Below, in pieces: positions 27,726 to 36,359 of a stretch of 64,000 nt of DNA. Position numbers and translations under genes: made by a program. Source of the stretch: an uncultured Dehalococcoidia bacterium. Its GTDB lineage: Bacteria > Chloroflexota > Dehalococcoidia > Lucifugimonadales > JAAXIE01. The stretch is taken from contig OX638353.1 of NCBI GenBank assembly GCA_951813255.1, positions 3,084,782-3,148,781 on the forward strand, given 5' to 3'. A model generated the notes under the pieces. That model did not search any database. It saw only the letters and a list, made by a program, of their open reading frames with translations, and had not been told where the DNA came from. Position 1 is the first letter of the stretch, and every line of letters begins with the position of its first letter.

Positions 27726-28559
27726 TCAGGCGACGCGGTTTAGCATCTCAATCTGGTCCATGGTCAGGACGATGTCCGGGGACGCACAGTTCTGCTCCAC
27801 CCGCTCCACCTTGTCCGACTTGGGGATGACGACGACATTGGGGCGTGACAGGCACCATGCAAGGGCTACCTGCGCCCAACTTGCGCCCACCTCGGACGCT
27901 ACCTGCTCCAAGGCATCTATTGCAGGGCGTCGCGTGATGAGAGACCGGGCCGTCAACCCGCCACGATCCAAGGGTGTGTGGGCGATCAGGGTCACATCGT
28001 TATCCTGGCAATATGGCAGGAGTTCGGCCTCGACGTCGCGACGGGTCAGGCTGTATCGCACTTGGTTGGACACTATGGGATGGCGTGAGGTCGCCTCCTG
28101 GGCTTCAACCAGCTGGGATGTCGAAAAGTTGCTGACGCCGATGAAGCGCACCTTGCCTTGGTCCACCAGTGTCTCCATGGCTCCCATGGTCTCTGCGATG
28201 GGTACGCGGGTACTGGGGAAGTGGACCTGGTAGAGGTCGATGTAATCGGTACTCAAGCGTCGTAGGCTGGCGTCGGCCGCTCTCAGTAGGGAGTGGTATT
28301 CCAAGTGGCCGGGAGAGACCTTGGTGGCCACGAAAACTCGCTCTCGCTGGTGTGCCACAGCCTCGGCTACGATTCCTTCGCTGCCGTAGCTCTCCGCGGT
28401 ATCAATCCAGGCACCCAGTTCGATACCCCGACGGAGTGGGCCCGCGCCACCGTGGTAGCGCGAGGTCCCCAGCCCTATGCTGGGTAGGTCCGCTCCGCTC
28501 GAGCCCAACGGCCTAAGCTTCACTGACGAAATACCCCTCTTCAATGGCGTTGGTGACAT
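27726..28559 (-). CDS. aldo/keto reductase
   Basis: 277 aa. LGLGTSRY, IDTAESYG, LSTDYIDLYQVHFP. The start may be the downstream GTG (about 28523), because the long ORF overlaps yraN by 47 bp. Confidence 0.85.
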   Translation of the reverse strand: MSPTPLKRGISSVKLRPLGSSGADLPSIGLGTSRYHGGAGPLRRGIELGAWIDTAESYGSEGIVAEAVAHQRERVFVATKVSPGHLEYHSLLRAADASLRRLSTDYIDLYQVHFPSTRVPIAETMGAMETLVDQGKVRFIGVSNFSTSQLVEAQEATSRHPIVSNQVRYSLTRRDVEAELLPYCQDNDVTLIAHTPLDRGGLTARSLITRRPAIDALEQVASEVGASWAQVALAWCLSRPNVVVIPKSDKVERVEQNCASPDIVLTMDQIEMLNRVA

Positions 28560-28902
28560 GCTGCAGGTCGGAAACTGCCCCGTCTGCCGCCAGAAGCACG
28601 GCTACTAGGTCGATGCGCCAGTCGGCTGTCCCCGGCTCGCGTTCCTGCAGGTAGGTCTCAGCGGTGGCTGTGAGCCTGGCAATCTTGCCTTTGGAGAGGG
28701 ACTCCTGTGGGGTGCCGTAGCTCAGGCGTCGCCGGGTGCGCACCTCCACGAAGACCAACGTATCGTCTTCCTGAGCGACGATGTCGATTTCGCCCCAACG
28801 GCAACGGTAGTTGGCTTCCAGGACTCGATAGCCCTGCGCCTCCAGGTGCTTGCGGGCTGTGTGCTCGCCGAAGGCCCCCGTACGGCTCCGGGCGGTGGGC
28901 AT
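28513..28902 (-). CDS. yraN: YraN family (UPF0102) endonuclease-like protein
   Basis: GEHTARKHLEAQGYRVLEANYRCRWGEIDIVAQEDDTLVFVEVRTRR. ATG 28902 shares one nt with the rnhB stop (TGATG). Confidence 0.75.
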   Translation of the reverse strand: MPTARSRTGAFGEHTARKHLEAQGYRVLEANYRCRWGEIDIVAQEDDTLVFVEVRTRRRLSYGTPQESLSKGKIARLTATAETYLQEREPGTADWRIDLVAVLLAADGAVSDLQHVTNAIEEGYFVSEA

Positions 28903-29573
28903 CAGGAGGAGACCTCGGTCATGATTTCCGTCGCGCCTGGCCCTGGCATGGTAAAAAGGGGCATGGTGCGAAGAGGAGCAAAGGAGCGGCGGTGCATGGG
29001 ACAAGGACCGCGGTCAGATAACTGCCGCAGGTGTTGGGGGGTGGCGTATCCCTTATGGCGCGAGAACCCGTAACCGGGGTAGTTGCGGTCTGCTTCTTCC
29101 ATCAAGGAGTCGCGCGTGACCTTGGCTACGATGGATGCAGCGGCTATCGAGTAGGAGAGCCCATCCCCGCTCTTGATGGTCTGGTACGGTACACCGGGTT
29201 CGAAGAGGGGAACGTAGTCGGCCAGCACGTAGTCCGCTGGGCGCATCAGGTCAGCAAGGGCGCGGTACAGTGCCCGGCGGGTGGCGTTGCCAATGCCGAT
29301 GGCATCAATCTCGTCGCGGTGGGCAATGCCTACGCCGATGCCCAAGGCGTGGCTCCTGATTTCCTGAAGGCAACGATTTCTCTGGCGAGCAGTGAGCTTC
29401 TTGCTGTCGTTCACGTCGACGAGCCAGTCGGGCACATCAGGAAGCCCTTGGGGAAGCACGACAGCGCCCGCTAGCACCGGGCCAGCCAGCGGCCCGCGCC
29501 CCACTTCATCGACACCCGCAACCCGGTGATACCCCTTGCGCTCCAGTGACCTTTCGAACTCAAGCGAGGGCAT
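28902..29573 (-). CDS. rnhB: ribonuclease HII
   Basis: VAGVDEVGRGPLAGPV and DSKKLT motifs, 223 aa. Confidence 0.9.
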   Translation of the reverse strand: MPSLEFERSLERKGYHRVAGVDEVGRGPLAGPVLAGAVVLPQGLPDVPDWLVDVNDSKKLTARQRNRCLQEIRSHALGIGVGIAHRDEIDAIGIGNATRRALYRALADLMRPADYVLADYVPLFEPGVPYQTIKSGDGLSYSIAAASIVAKVTRDSLMEEADRNYPGYGFSRHKGYATPQHLRQLSDRGPCPMHRRSFAPLRTMPLFTMPGPGATEIMTEVSS

Positions 29574-30679
29574 TACGTTCGCTGGCCCACCGCCGCGGGG
29601 ATGCGTTGGGATTCGATATACCCACCACCTAGCACGTAGTCTTCTTGGTAAAAGACTGCCGCCTGTCCTGGCGTCAGGGCCCGCTGCGGGGCATCGAATT
29701 GGACCACTGCGCTCCGGTCTCCTTGGGGATGGAGAATAGCAGGCGCTTCCGAGGCCTTGTATCGCACCTTCACGGACACTTCAGTGGGACCTTCTGGAGG
29801 ATACGACGCCACGTAGTTTATGCCTGAGACTTGAAGCGTGTCGCTATACAGGTCTTCCTCAGGGCCGACCACCACCTCCGAGGTCTCGGCATCAATGGCT
29901 ACGACATACATGGGGTGATCAGTTTGCAGACCCAAGCCACGGCGCTGACCCACGGTGTAGAGGTGGATGCCTTGGTGCTGGCCCAGCGTGTTTCCTGCAG
30001 TGTCCACAATACGGCCTGCATTGCCCTCCAGCCGCTGCGACAGAAACTCGCGGTAGTCCCCCAAGGGGATGAAGCAGATGTCCTGGCTGTCCGGCTTGTC
30101 AGCGTTGGGGAACCGGGCCTCTAGGGCCAGCCTGCGAGTTTCTTCCTTGTAGTGTGTGCCCAGTGGCATTAATGTGTGCGCCAACTGCTGCTGCCTCAGA
30201 CCGAACAGAACATAAGACTGGTCCTTGGTGGGGTCGACCGCCTTCATCAGTGAGAACCGGCCAGCGTGCTCGGTCACCCGCGCGTAATGCCCGGTGGCCA
30301 CGTAGTCTGCATCAAGGGCGCGAGCGCGCTCCAATAGGAACGAGAACTTGATTTTGTCGTTGCAGGCAATGCAAGGATGGGGCGTGCGCCCGGAGGCGTA
30401 CTCGCTCGTGAAGTAGTCGATGACGTGGCTGCGGAACTGGTCCTGCACGTTCAGCACATAGTGGGGGACTCCCAATTGCCGGCATACTGCCCGCGCGTCT
30501 TCTACGTCGTCTATGGTGCAGCAGCCACGGTAGTGGGAGGGCAAGTCCGCCTGCTCCAAGCTGTACAGCTTCATCGTGACGCCAATCACGTTATAGCCAG
30601 CATTCTTCAGCAGCAGTGCAGCCACCGAAGAATCGACCCCGCCGCTCATCGCGACAACTACTGTTGTGGTGGTGTTCAT
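29573..30679 (-). CDS. mnmA: tRNA 2-thiouridine(34) synthase MnmA
   Basis: VVVAMSGGVDSSVAA PP-loop, DQSY, conserved Cys residues. ATG 30679 (MNTTTTVVVAMSGG) preferred over 30709. Confidence 0.9.
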   Translation of the reverse strand: MNTTTTVVVAMSGGVDSSVAALLLKNAGYNVIGVTMKLYSLEQADLPSHYRGCCTIDDVEDARAVCRQLGVPHYVLNVQDQFRSHVIDYFTSEYASGRTPHPCIACNDKIKFSFLLERARALDADYVATGHYARVTEHAGRFSLMKAVDPTKDQSYVLFGLRQQQLAHTLMPLGTHYKEETRRLALEARFPNADKPDSQDICFIPLGDYREFLSQRLEGNAGRIVDTAGNTLGQHQGIHLYTVGQRRGLGLQTDHPMYVVAIDAETSEVVVGPEEDLYSDTLQVSGINYVASYPPEGPTEVSVKVRYKASEAPAILHPQGDRSAVVQFDAPQRALTPGQAAVFYQEDYVLGGGYIESQRIPAAVGQRT

Positions 30680-30758
30680 ACTGGGAACCCTCTGGCAAAT
30701 GCAATACAAAGAGCGAGCGTGCCTCTAGGACAACCGGAACCTGAAGAAGTCGCCAAGA

Positions 30759-31028
30759 TCATTGTGCATTGAGGTCATCGATCAAACGAGCGACCTCCGC
30801 TAATTGGACGTCAGAGAGCTCCTGCAATCTGGCTGTCAGGTTGGACGGTACGCTCGCCGATTCATCCAGCCTATCTTGGACGTCATCGTAGTCTCCACTG
30901 GCTAGGCGTTCCTGCTCTTGCTGGGCCTCATGATCATCGGGAGCGTCGGGATGCCGGTCAGGGTCGATGAGTCGGAATATCTCTTCCTCATCATCGCCGC
31001 TTCCATATATGGACCTAATGCTGGTCAT
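30759..31028 (-). CDS. hypothetical hyper-acidic 89-aa protein coupled to the Panacea-domain gene
   Basis: ATG shares one nt with the upstream TAA (TAATG). About 24 Asp/Glu, 0 Lys, 7 Arg. The C-terminal LQELSDVQLAEVARLIDDL helix is reminiscent of addiction-module components. Confidence 0.45.
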   Translation of the reverse strand: MTSIRSIYGSGDDEEEIFRLIDPDRHPDAPDDHEAQQEQERLASGDYDDVQDRLDESASVPSNLTARLQELSDVQLAEVARLIDDLNAQ

Positions 31029-31492
31029 TATCCTTGCTGTTGTTCGATCAGCGCAGCGTAGTAGTCTCTGATAACGTGGTTGTGGATGATCTGCCTTCGC
31101 TTATCCCGTCGATAAGTCTGTTCCCACGGCGAGTTTTCTACGTGGGTCATCCGGGATAGGCGAGTCCCGTCAAGTTCCCCATATCGCTTCCAAACAACCC
31201 GAATCACTTTCTCTTCCTGATCACTGAAGGTGGTCTCCTCCGTCAAGATAGGCTCCGTGATCCGGTCTCCACCGTAGTGTTTCAGCTCGTGGTATAGTGC
31301 CCTGATGACTGGGCCATGTTGCCATGATTCGACGGCGTCTTGGAACAAAGGTCCATTGCCTAGCCCTAGCATCCATGCGTGGCAGAAGTACGTCAGCTTC
31401 TGTGCCTTCATGGGCGTGATGGGGGTCTCGTCTACTATAGATAACCGGATTAGTTTATCAGCGACTGCTAGGGCACTATGCCGCGCACCCAC
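31028..31492 (-). CDS. DUF4065 / Panacea-domain protein (SocA/GepA-like antitoxin-type)
   Basis: 154 aa from GTG with GGAGGTG RBS. ITPMKAQKLTYFCHAWMLGLGNGPLFQDAVESWQHGPVIRALYHELKHYG matches the DUF4065 core (KLxKLxYfa...fxAWxxGPV). Confidence 0.7.
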   Translation of the reverse strand: MGARHSALAVADKLIRLSIVDETPITPMKAQKLTYFCHAWMLGLGNGPLFQDAVESWQHGPVIRALYHELKHYGGDRITEPILTEETTFSDQEEKVIRVVWKRYGELDGTRLSRMTHVENSPWEQTYRRDKRRQIIHNHVIRDYYAALIEQQQG

Positions 31493-31652
31493 GGTGCACC
31501 TCCAAGGTCGGAGTGGCGCGATTGTACCACCGATAATCTGACGCGTCTAAGTTATGTTCAAACAGGTAACAGAAACTTAGGTCACTAACGGAAGCTACAC
31601 ACCACTCGTTACTATGGGTGAAGTTGGGCACCTTGGCAAGAGGAAAATGTCG

Positions 31653-31682
31653 TTGACCCCTTCCAGCGGGCAGGACTAGAAT
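31653..31682 (+). promoter_or_regulatory. sigma70-like promoter candidate for rsfS
   Basis: TTGACC, 18-nt spacer, TAGAAT, 33 nt upstream of the rsfS ATG. Confidence 0.35.
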
Positions 31683-31714
31683 GGAACTAATAACTCCCTT
31701 GAAGCGAAGATTGT

Positions 31715-32065
31715 ATGGCCCTCACCCCTGATGAAATTGCCCACACCGTGGTGGAGATAGCCTCCGACAAGCTGGCGGAGAATATCGTCATGCTGGATAT
31801 CCGGGGCATGACGACCTTTGCCGACTACTTCGTGATCCTGTCCGCGGGCAGCAGCCGGCAGGTCTCTGCTTTGCAGGAGGACTTGGAGAAGGGGATGAAG
31901 GATGCAGGGGTGCCCCTCCACCACCGTGAGGGCAGCGCCGCGTCGGGTTGGATGCTGCTGGACTTCAGCGATGTCATCGTCCACATCTTCGGCGAGGAAG
32001 AGCGGGAGCACTACCAGTTGGACCGGCTCTGGTCGGGAGCGCCACAGGTCGTTACTGTTCTATGA
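31715..32065 (+). CDS. rsfS: ribosome silencing factor RsfS
   Basis: 116 aa. DYFVILSAGSSRQVSALQEDL...GWMLLDFSDVIVHIFGEEEREHYQLDRLW. Confidence 0.85.
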   Translation: MALTPDEIAHTVVEIASDKLAENIVMLDIRGMTTFADYFVILSAGSSRQVSALQEDLEKGMKDAGVPLHHREGSAASGWMLLDFSDVIVHIFGEEEREHYQLDRLWSGAPQVVTVL

Positions 32066-32516
32066 CCCAGGGGTCCACCGACCTGCTGTAGTCCACTATC
32101 TCCGATTCCTCAAAAAATAGCGCGATTTCGCGCTGTGCCGCTTCCAGCGAGTCGGAACCATGCACCAGGTTGCGCCCGATGTCAGTGGCGAGGTCGCCCC
32201 GTATGGTCCCCGGCGATGACTGCAAGGGATTGGTTGCCCCCATGGTGTTGCGTACCATCTCCACTACGTTGGGGCCCTGCAAGACCATGGCCACCAGAGG
32301 GCCCGAGGTAATGAAGTCGACCAAGCCTGGGAAGAACGGGCGCTCGACATGGGCCTCGTAATGGCGTGAGGCCATGGCCTTATCCATGTGGATCAGCTTC
32401 ATCGCTGCTATGAGTAGTCCCCGGCCTTCCAGCCTGCCGATGATGGTGCCCACCAGCCCGCGCTGCACCGCATCGGGCTTCAGTAGCACCAGAGTGCGCT
32501 CTTTGTTATCCGCCAA
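32052..32516 (-). CDS. ndk: nucleoside-diphosphate kinase
   Basis: ERTLVLLKPDAVQRGLVG and NLVHGSDS. Its 3' end overlaps the rsfS 3' end by 14 bp. Confidence 0.95.
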   Translation of the reverse strand: MADNKERTLVLLKPDAVQRGLVGTIIGRLEGRGLLIAAMKLIHMDKAMASRHYEAHVERPFFPGLVDFITSGPLVAMVLQGPNVVEMVRNTMGATNPLQSSPGTIRGDLATDIGRNLVHGSDSLEAAQREIALFFEESEIVDYSRSVDPWVIEQ

Positions 32517-32571
32517 GGCGGTCCTCCTGTATCCAACTATGTCTTTATATCGTGGGGAATGTCAGACTTAC

Positions 32572-33285
32572 CTAGCTGCTAACGACCCGTGGCGTTGCGG
32601 GGCGCCCGATGGTGGGGCGTCGCAGGTAGAAGGGTTGTAGGGTGGACAAGTCCTCGGTCCTGCCTTCTGCCAGTCTGCTCCACCCCAGCTCTGCCAGAGC
32701 CCAGAGGCGTCCTGAATGGCCTCCATTGATTACCAGTGCGCGTTCTCCCAGTGCTTCTTTCAAGTGCTGTTCGCGCCCAGGGACGCCTTCGCCGCAGAGC
32801 ACGAGGTCGGAGGTCAAATTATCAGCAAGCGTTTCCAGGTCTTCGGGGCCGCATATGCGTTCCTCCGCGATACGGCTCCAAGTATCCCCCTGTTGAAATG
32901 TGGCTGTGGCTACCTCGTTCCGCCCCACGTCCAGCAACGAGCATACGGGGAGTCCGGTCGACGCATAGGGCCAAGCCTCGCATTCGAGGGTCCCCACGGC
33001 CACCACAGGAACGCCGTGGGGCATGGCCAACCCCTTGGCTGCGCTCATGCCCACGCGCAGTGCGCTAAACCCCCCAGGACCCGAAGCGACGGCGATCCCC
33101 TTTAGGTCCGCACGGCCCGCCCTGGCGCGTTGCAGAACACTCTCAATGGCGGGGAGCAACTCTTTGGTATGGTTCTGAGTCGAATGCCACGAGAGGCTGC
33201 AGACAACCCTGTCCTGGTTGCGCAGGGAGACTCCCGCGTAGCGGGTGGAAGTATCAATGGCCAGCAATAACTGATTGAGTTCCAA
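32572..33285 (-). CDS. tsaB: tRNA t6A37 biosynthesis protein TsaB
   Basis: LLAIDTSTRYAGVSL and VASGPGGFSALRVG. Confidence 0.8.
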   Translation of the reverse strand: MELNQLLLAIDTSTRYAGVSLRNQDRVVCSLSWHSTQNHTKELLPAIESVLQRARAGRADLKGIAVASGPGGFSALRVGMSAAKGLAMPHGVPVVAVGTLECEAWPYASTGLPVCSLLDVGRNEVATATFQQGDTWSRIAEERICGPEDLETLADNLTSDLVLCGEGVPGREQHLKEALGERALVINGGHSGRLWALAELGWSRLAEGRTEDLSTLQPFYLRRPTIGRPATPRVVSS

Positions 33286-33304
33286 GGGTGATCAGGCTCC
33301 AGCG

Positions 33305-33796
33305 TCAACTCTTGGCATGGGTGGGGAACTGTCCATGAATCGCTTCCAGATGTGGCCGGTAACGTCCACTGGCATCTTCAAACTCCACAAGACGGGAGGA
33401 AGGCCCGTCCAACTGCCCCAGCGTCACCACAAGGGCATCCACTTGGTACATCCCTTGGGCTCTTTCCGCCCACTCCACCACACCCACGCCGTCCCTGCCC
33501 AACACCTCGTCGAGGGCCAAATCCCATATCTCCATGGGGTCTTCCAGACGGTACAGGTCGATATGGTGCAGGGTGCAGCGCCCCTGGTACCGGGTGGCTA
33601 TGACAAAGCTGGGGCTGCGCGTGTAGGCCTGTACCCCCAAGCCTGTGGCAATTCCCTGGGTTAGGCAGGTCTTGCCAGCGCCAAGCTGACCGTTCAAAAG
33701 AAAGACATCTCCCTCGCTGGCGGCGCTTCCCAGACACGCTCCAAGATCGCGGGTCTCTTCCGGGCTGTGAGTGACTATCTTGAGAGGGGAGTCCAT
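33305..33796 (-). CDS. tsaE: tRNA t6A37 ATPase TsaE
   Basis: LNGQLGAGKTCLTQGIA P-loop and HIDLYRL. Confidence 0.85.
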   Translation of the reverse strand: MDSPLKIVTHSPEETRDLGACLGSAASEGDVFLLNGQLGAGKTCLTQGIATGLGVQAYTRSPSFVIATRYQGRCTLHHIDLYRLEDPMEIWDLALDEVLGRDGVGVVEWAERAQGMYQVDALVVTLGQLDGPSSRLVEFEDASGRYRPHLEAIHGQFPTHAKS

Positions 33797-34798
33797 CTAC
33801 TTGAAGTGGTCCCAGCCACGGACATTTACGTCCCTAGCCTCCCCGGAGGGTTCAAGGAGACGCACTGTACCAGCAGGCCCGTCCGTGATCTCACCGATGA
33901 TGGCCGCCGGCGGCCCCAGCTTTTCTATGGCCCGTGACATCACATCAGCCGGAGCCGCAAATAGCAGCAGGTAGTCCTCACCCCCATTCAGGGCCATATC
34001 CAGCGCATCGTGGGGAAACGCTCTCTGCAACAGCGGGTGTACCGGCACAGCATCGCTGCGTACTTCGGCGCCCACTCCACTGGCAGTGCACAGCTTGCTG
34101 AGGTCGTCCAGCAGTCCGTCGCTCACATCCATGGCGACGCCAACTCCGGCTTGGGAGATAAGCAGGCCCTGCTGCACATGGGGTTCAGGCCGCCGGTGGG
34201 CGCGTCTCAAGAAGGCGTCCGCCTCTGCATCGGCTTCCATGCCCTCCAGCATGAGGCGCAGGCCCCCAGCGGAGGAGCCCAGATACCCGCTGACCGCAAC
34301 CTGATAACCCGGCTGGGCAGTGGAACGCAGCATGGGCTTACCCGAGTGTACGCCGTTCAGGGAGAGAGTGATGAACATCGTCGGCGAGCGAACGATATCG
34401 CCGCCCACGATGGAAACGTCGTACTTGCGGGCCGCCTCCAGCATCCCCTCATATAAAGCGCGTATGTCTTCCACCTGCGTGTCGGCTGGCAGACCCAGGG
34501 TGACCAGTGAATACAGAGGAAGTCCTCCCATGGCAGCGATATCGCTCACGTTGGCCGCCATCAGCTTCCAGCCCAAGTCCGCCCAAGGTGTGGTGTCCCG
34601 CGTGAAGTGGACGCCCTCGACCACCGTATCGGTGGTAGCAAGCTCGGTAGCCCATGAAGTCTCCCAAGCAGCAGTGTCATCACCTATACCCAGAGTCAGA
34701 CGGAACCCATTGGCCCCAGCCCCCTCAGGGTCAGGGCCAATCACCCCGGCCAGAACCTCAATAAGCCCGAACTCGCCAACTTCACTTACCAGCATCAC
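33797..34798 (-). CDS. thiL: thiamine-monophosphate kinase
   Basis: GIGDDTAAW, VEGVHF, and the SDIAAMGG AIR-synthase-like fold. Confidence 0.85.
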   Translation of the reverse strand: MMLVSEVGEFGLIEVLAGVIGPDPEGAGANGFRLTLGIGDDTAAWETSWATELATTDTVVEGVHFTRDTTPWADLGWKLMAANVSDIAAMGGLPLYSLVTLGLPADTQVEDIRALYEGMLEAARKYDVSIVGGDIVRSPTMFITLSLNGVHSGKPMLRSTAQPGYQVAVSGYLGSSAGGLRLMLEGMEADAEADAFLRRAHRRPEPHVQQGLLISQAGVGVAMDVSDGLLDDLSKLCTASGVGAEVRSDAVPVHPLLQRAFPHDALDMALNGGEDYLLLFAAPADVMSRAIEKLGPPAAIIGEITDGPAGTVRLLEPSGEARDVNVRGWDHFK

Positions 34799-34906
34799 GA
34801 GAGAGATTATAGCCTCGGCACCTATGGGGGCTCAAATGAGATGACATGCGAAATGGGGCGTGCAAGAATGCTCCGGGCAGAAGCTCTGAGCGAATGGGGG
34901 AGTCTC

Positions 34907-36034
34907 ATGCAGCCTGGTACCTCAGGGTCAAACTTCGAGCGGGTCGGCAGCGTCGAGCCGGAACGCGACAGCTTGGGCGCGATTATCGAAGCAGGACCGC
35001 AGACGAATCAGCCACTCCACAAGTATGGCCGAGGTCCGTTCTGTAGGTTTCGGATTGCTCAGGGGCATAACTGGCAGCGTAGCGGAGTATACGTTCTGAC
35101 AGTGAACGGAGTGGCCCACTACGTGGGCGAGTGCAAGAACCTGGCTATGATTTGGGGGCACGTCGGTCACATAGGGACGCGAGCGGTCGAGGCGGGCGGG
35201 CAGCAGACCTTCTGCCGTTTGAACACGTTGATACTTGACGAGGCGAAACGGGGATCTGAACTGGTCTTGTGGTTCCAAGCCGTTGAAGATGCTGGCGAGC
35301 GCCGAGCTTTGAAGGCCCAACTGATTGGCTCGCGGAATCCGGCTTGGAACCTGCCTGTTCGAGACTCCTCGCGCGCCATTTCACCTCCTCCCCGACGTCG
35401 TCACGCACCTTCGCGGATTGAGCAGCCTTCTCAGGTGGTAACTCGCCCGTCTGTTGCTCCGGAGGAGGCGGAGACTCCTACACGTCAGGGGCCGGGCATT
35501 CTTTCCGCAATCAAGAGCCTTCTCGGCATGGAGCGCCCCGACATAGAAGAAAGTGCATCCTCAAACGACCGTCGCTTCGGCGGTTTGCTATTCTCGTACG
35601 TCGGCCGCATCCAGCCAGAACAGGATGCTCGCGGTCAGGTTATCGAGGAGTATCCGCAACGCAAGTTCCGCAACGTGAAGAACCTGCCTCTTAGCAGATA
35701 CGGCTCCGGGCCCTTCTGCCGCTTTCGAGTGGGGCAGGGATGGCAGCGCAGCGGAGTCTATGCCCTCGTGTGTGGCACCGAGGTCCGCTACATCGGAGAT
35801 GCGGTGAACTTGGAACGTCGATGGGGTTACATGGGTTATGGGCAGATATCGCCCCGAGCCTGCTACCAAGGAGGCCAAGACACCAACTGTCGCATCAACA
35901 ACCTAATTCTTCAGGAGACCAAAGCTGGTAGAGAGTTCCACCTGTGGTTCCATCCAGTAGAGGGGCAGAAGCACGTCCGACGCGCTGTTGAAGCGCAACT
36001 GATGGCGTCCCTTCAACCCCCATGGAACCGGTAG
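34907..36034 (+). CDS. internally duplicated GIY-YIG-like nuclease-domain protein
   Basis: Two units of about 145 aa (about 34934-35353 and 35591-36031), each with YGxGPFCRFR, GVYxL-x8-Y(V/I)G and (K/E)AQL(I/M)xxxxPxWN, joined by an Arg/Pro/Ser-rich linker. ATG 34907 has a GGGGGAG RBS; the ORF can extend to 34841. Confidence 0.6.
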   Translation: MQPGTSGSNFERVGSVEPERDSLGAIIEAGPQTNQPLHKYGRGPFCRFRIAQGHNWQRSGVYVLTVNGVAHYVGECKNLAMIWGHVGHIGTRAVEAGGQQTFCRLNTLILDEAKRGSELVLWFQAVEDAGERRALKAQLIGSRNPAWNLPVRDSSRAISPPPRRRHAPSRIEQPSQVVTRPSVAPEEAETPTRQGPGILSAIKSLLGMERPDIEESASSNDRRFGGLLFSYVGRIQPEQDARGQVIEEYPQRKFRNVKNLPLSRYGSGPFCRFRVGQGWQRSGVYALVCGTEVRYIGDAVNLERRWGYMGYGQISPRACYQGGQDTNCRINNLILQETKAGREFHLWFHPVEGQKHVRRAVEAQLMASLQPPWNR

Positions 36035-36087
36035 CGTGAATATCTAATCCAGTTGGAACCAGCAGGCATCATTATCCGTGCCTGAAA

Positions 36088-36339
36088 TCAATTGTCACCT
36101 GCTTGAGGGTGAGAGGGGCTTGTGGCAATGGAACGGGCCTTTTGCAAGAAATCGCGCAGCGACCAGGACGCCCCGTCTATCTCGATGGCTACGACATGAT
36201 CTTCGGCATCGTAGTCCAACACCACCCCTCCCGCTACCTCAATTGAGTAGGTGCTGGGAGACTCGCCGATTTGAACACGCAGCATGTCAGAAGTGATGTC
36301 GTAGACGACTTCGGGTTCTTGTACTATCTCCTTAGCCAT
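36088..36339 (-). CDS. DUF2283 domain protein
   Basis: VVYDITSDMLRVQIGE...VVLDYDAEDHVVAIEI, immediately downstream of valS on the same strand. The ORF may extend to 36357. Confidence 0.55.
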   Translation of the reverse strand: MAKEIVQEPEVVYDITSDMLRVQIGESPSTYSIEVAGGVVLDYDAEDHVVAIEIDGASWSLRDFLQKARSIATSPSHPQAGDN

Positions 36340-36359
36340 TTCTCTGCTTCCGAACATCT

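Noticed and set aside
34799-34906. TPP riboswitch near thiL (and upstream of thiE)
   Set aside because: No CTGAGA / ACCTGATCTGGATAATGCCAGCG-like elements were seen. thiE is translationally coupled to upstream ORFs, leaving no leader.
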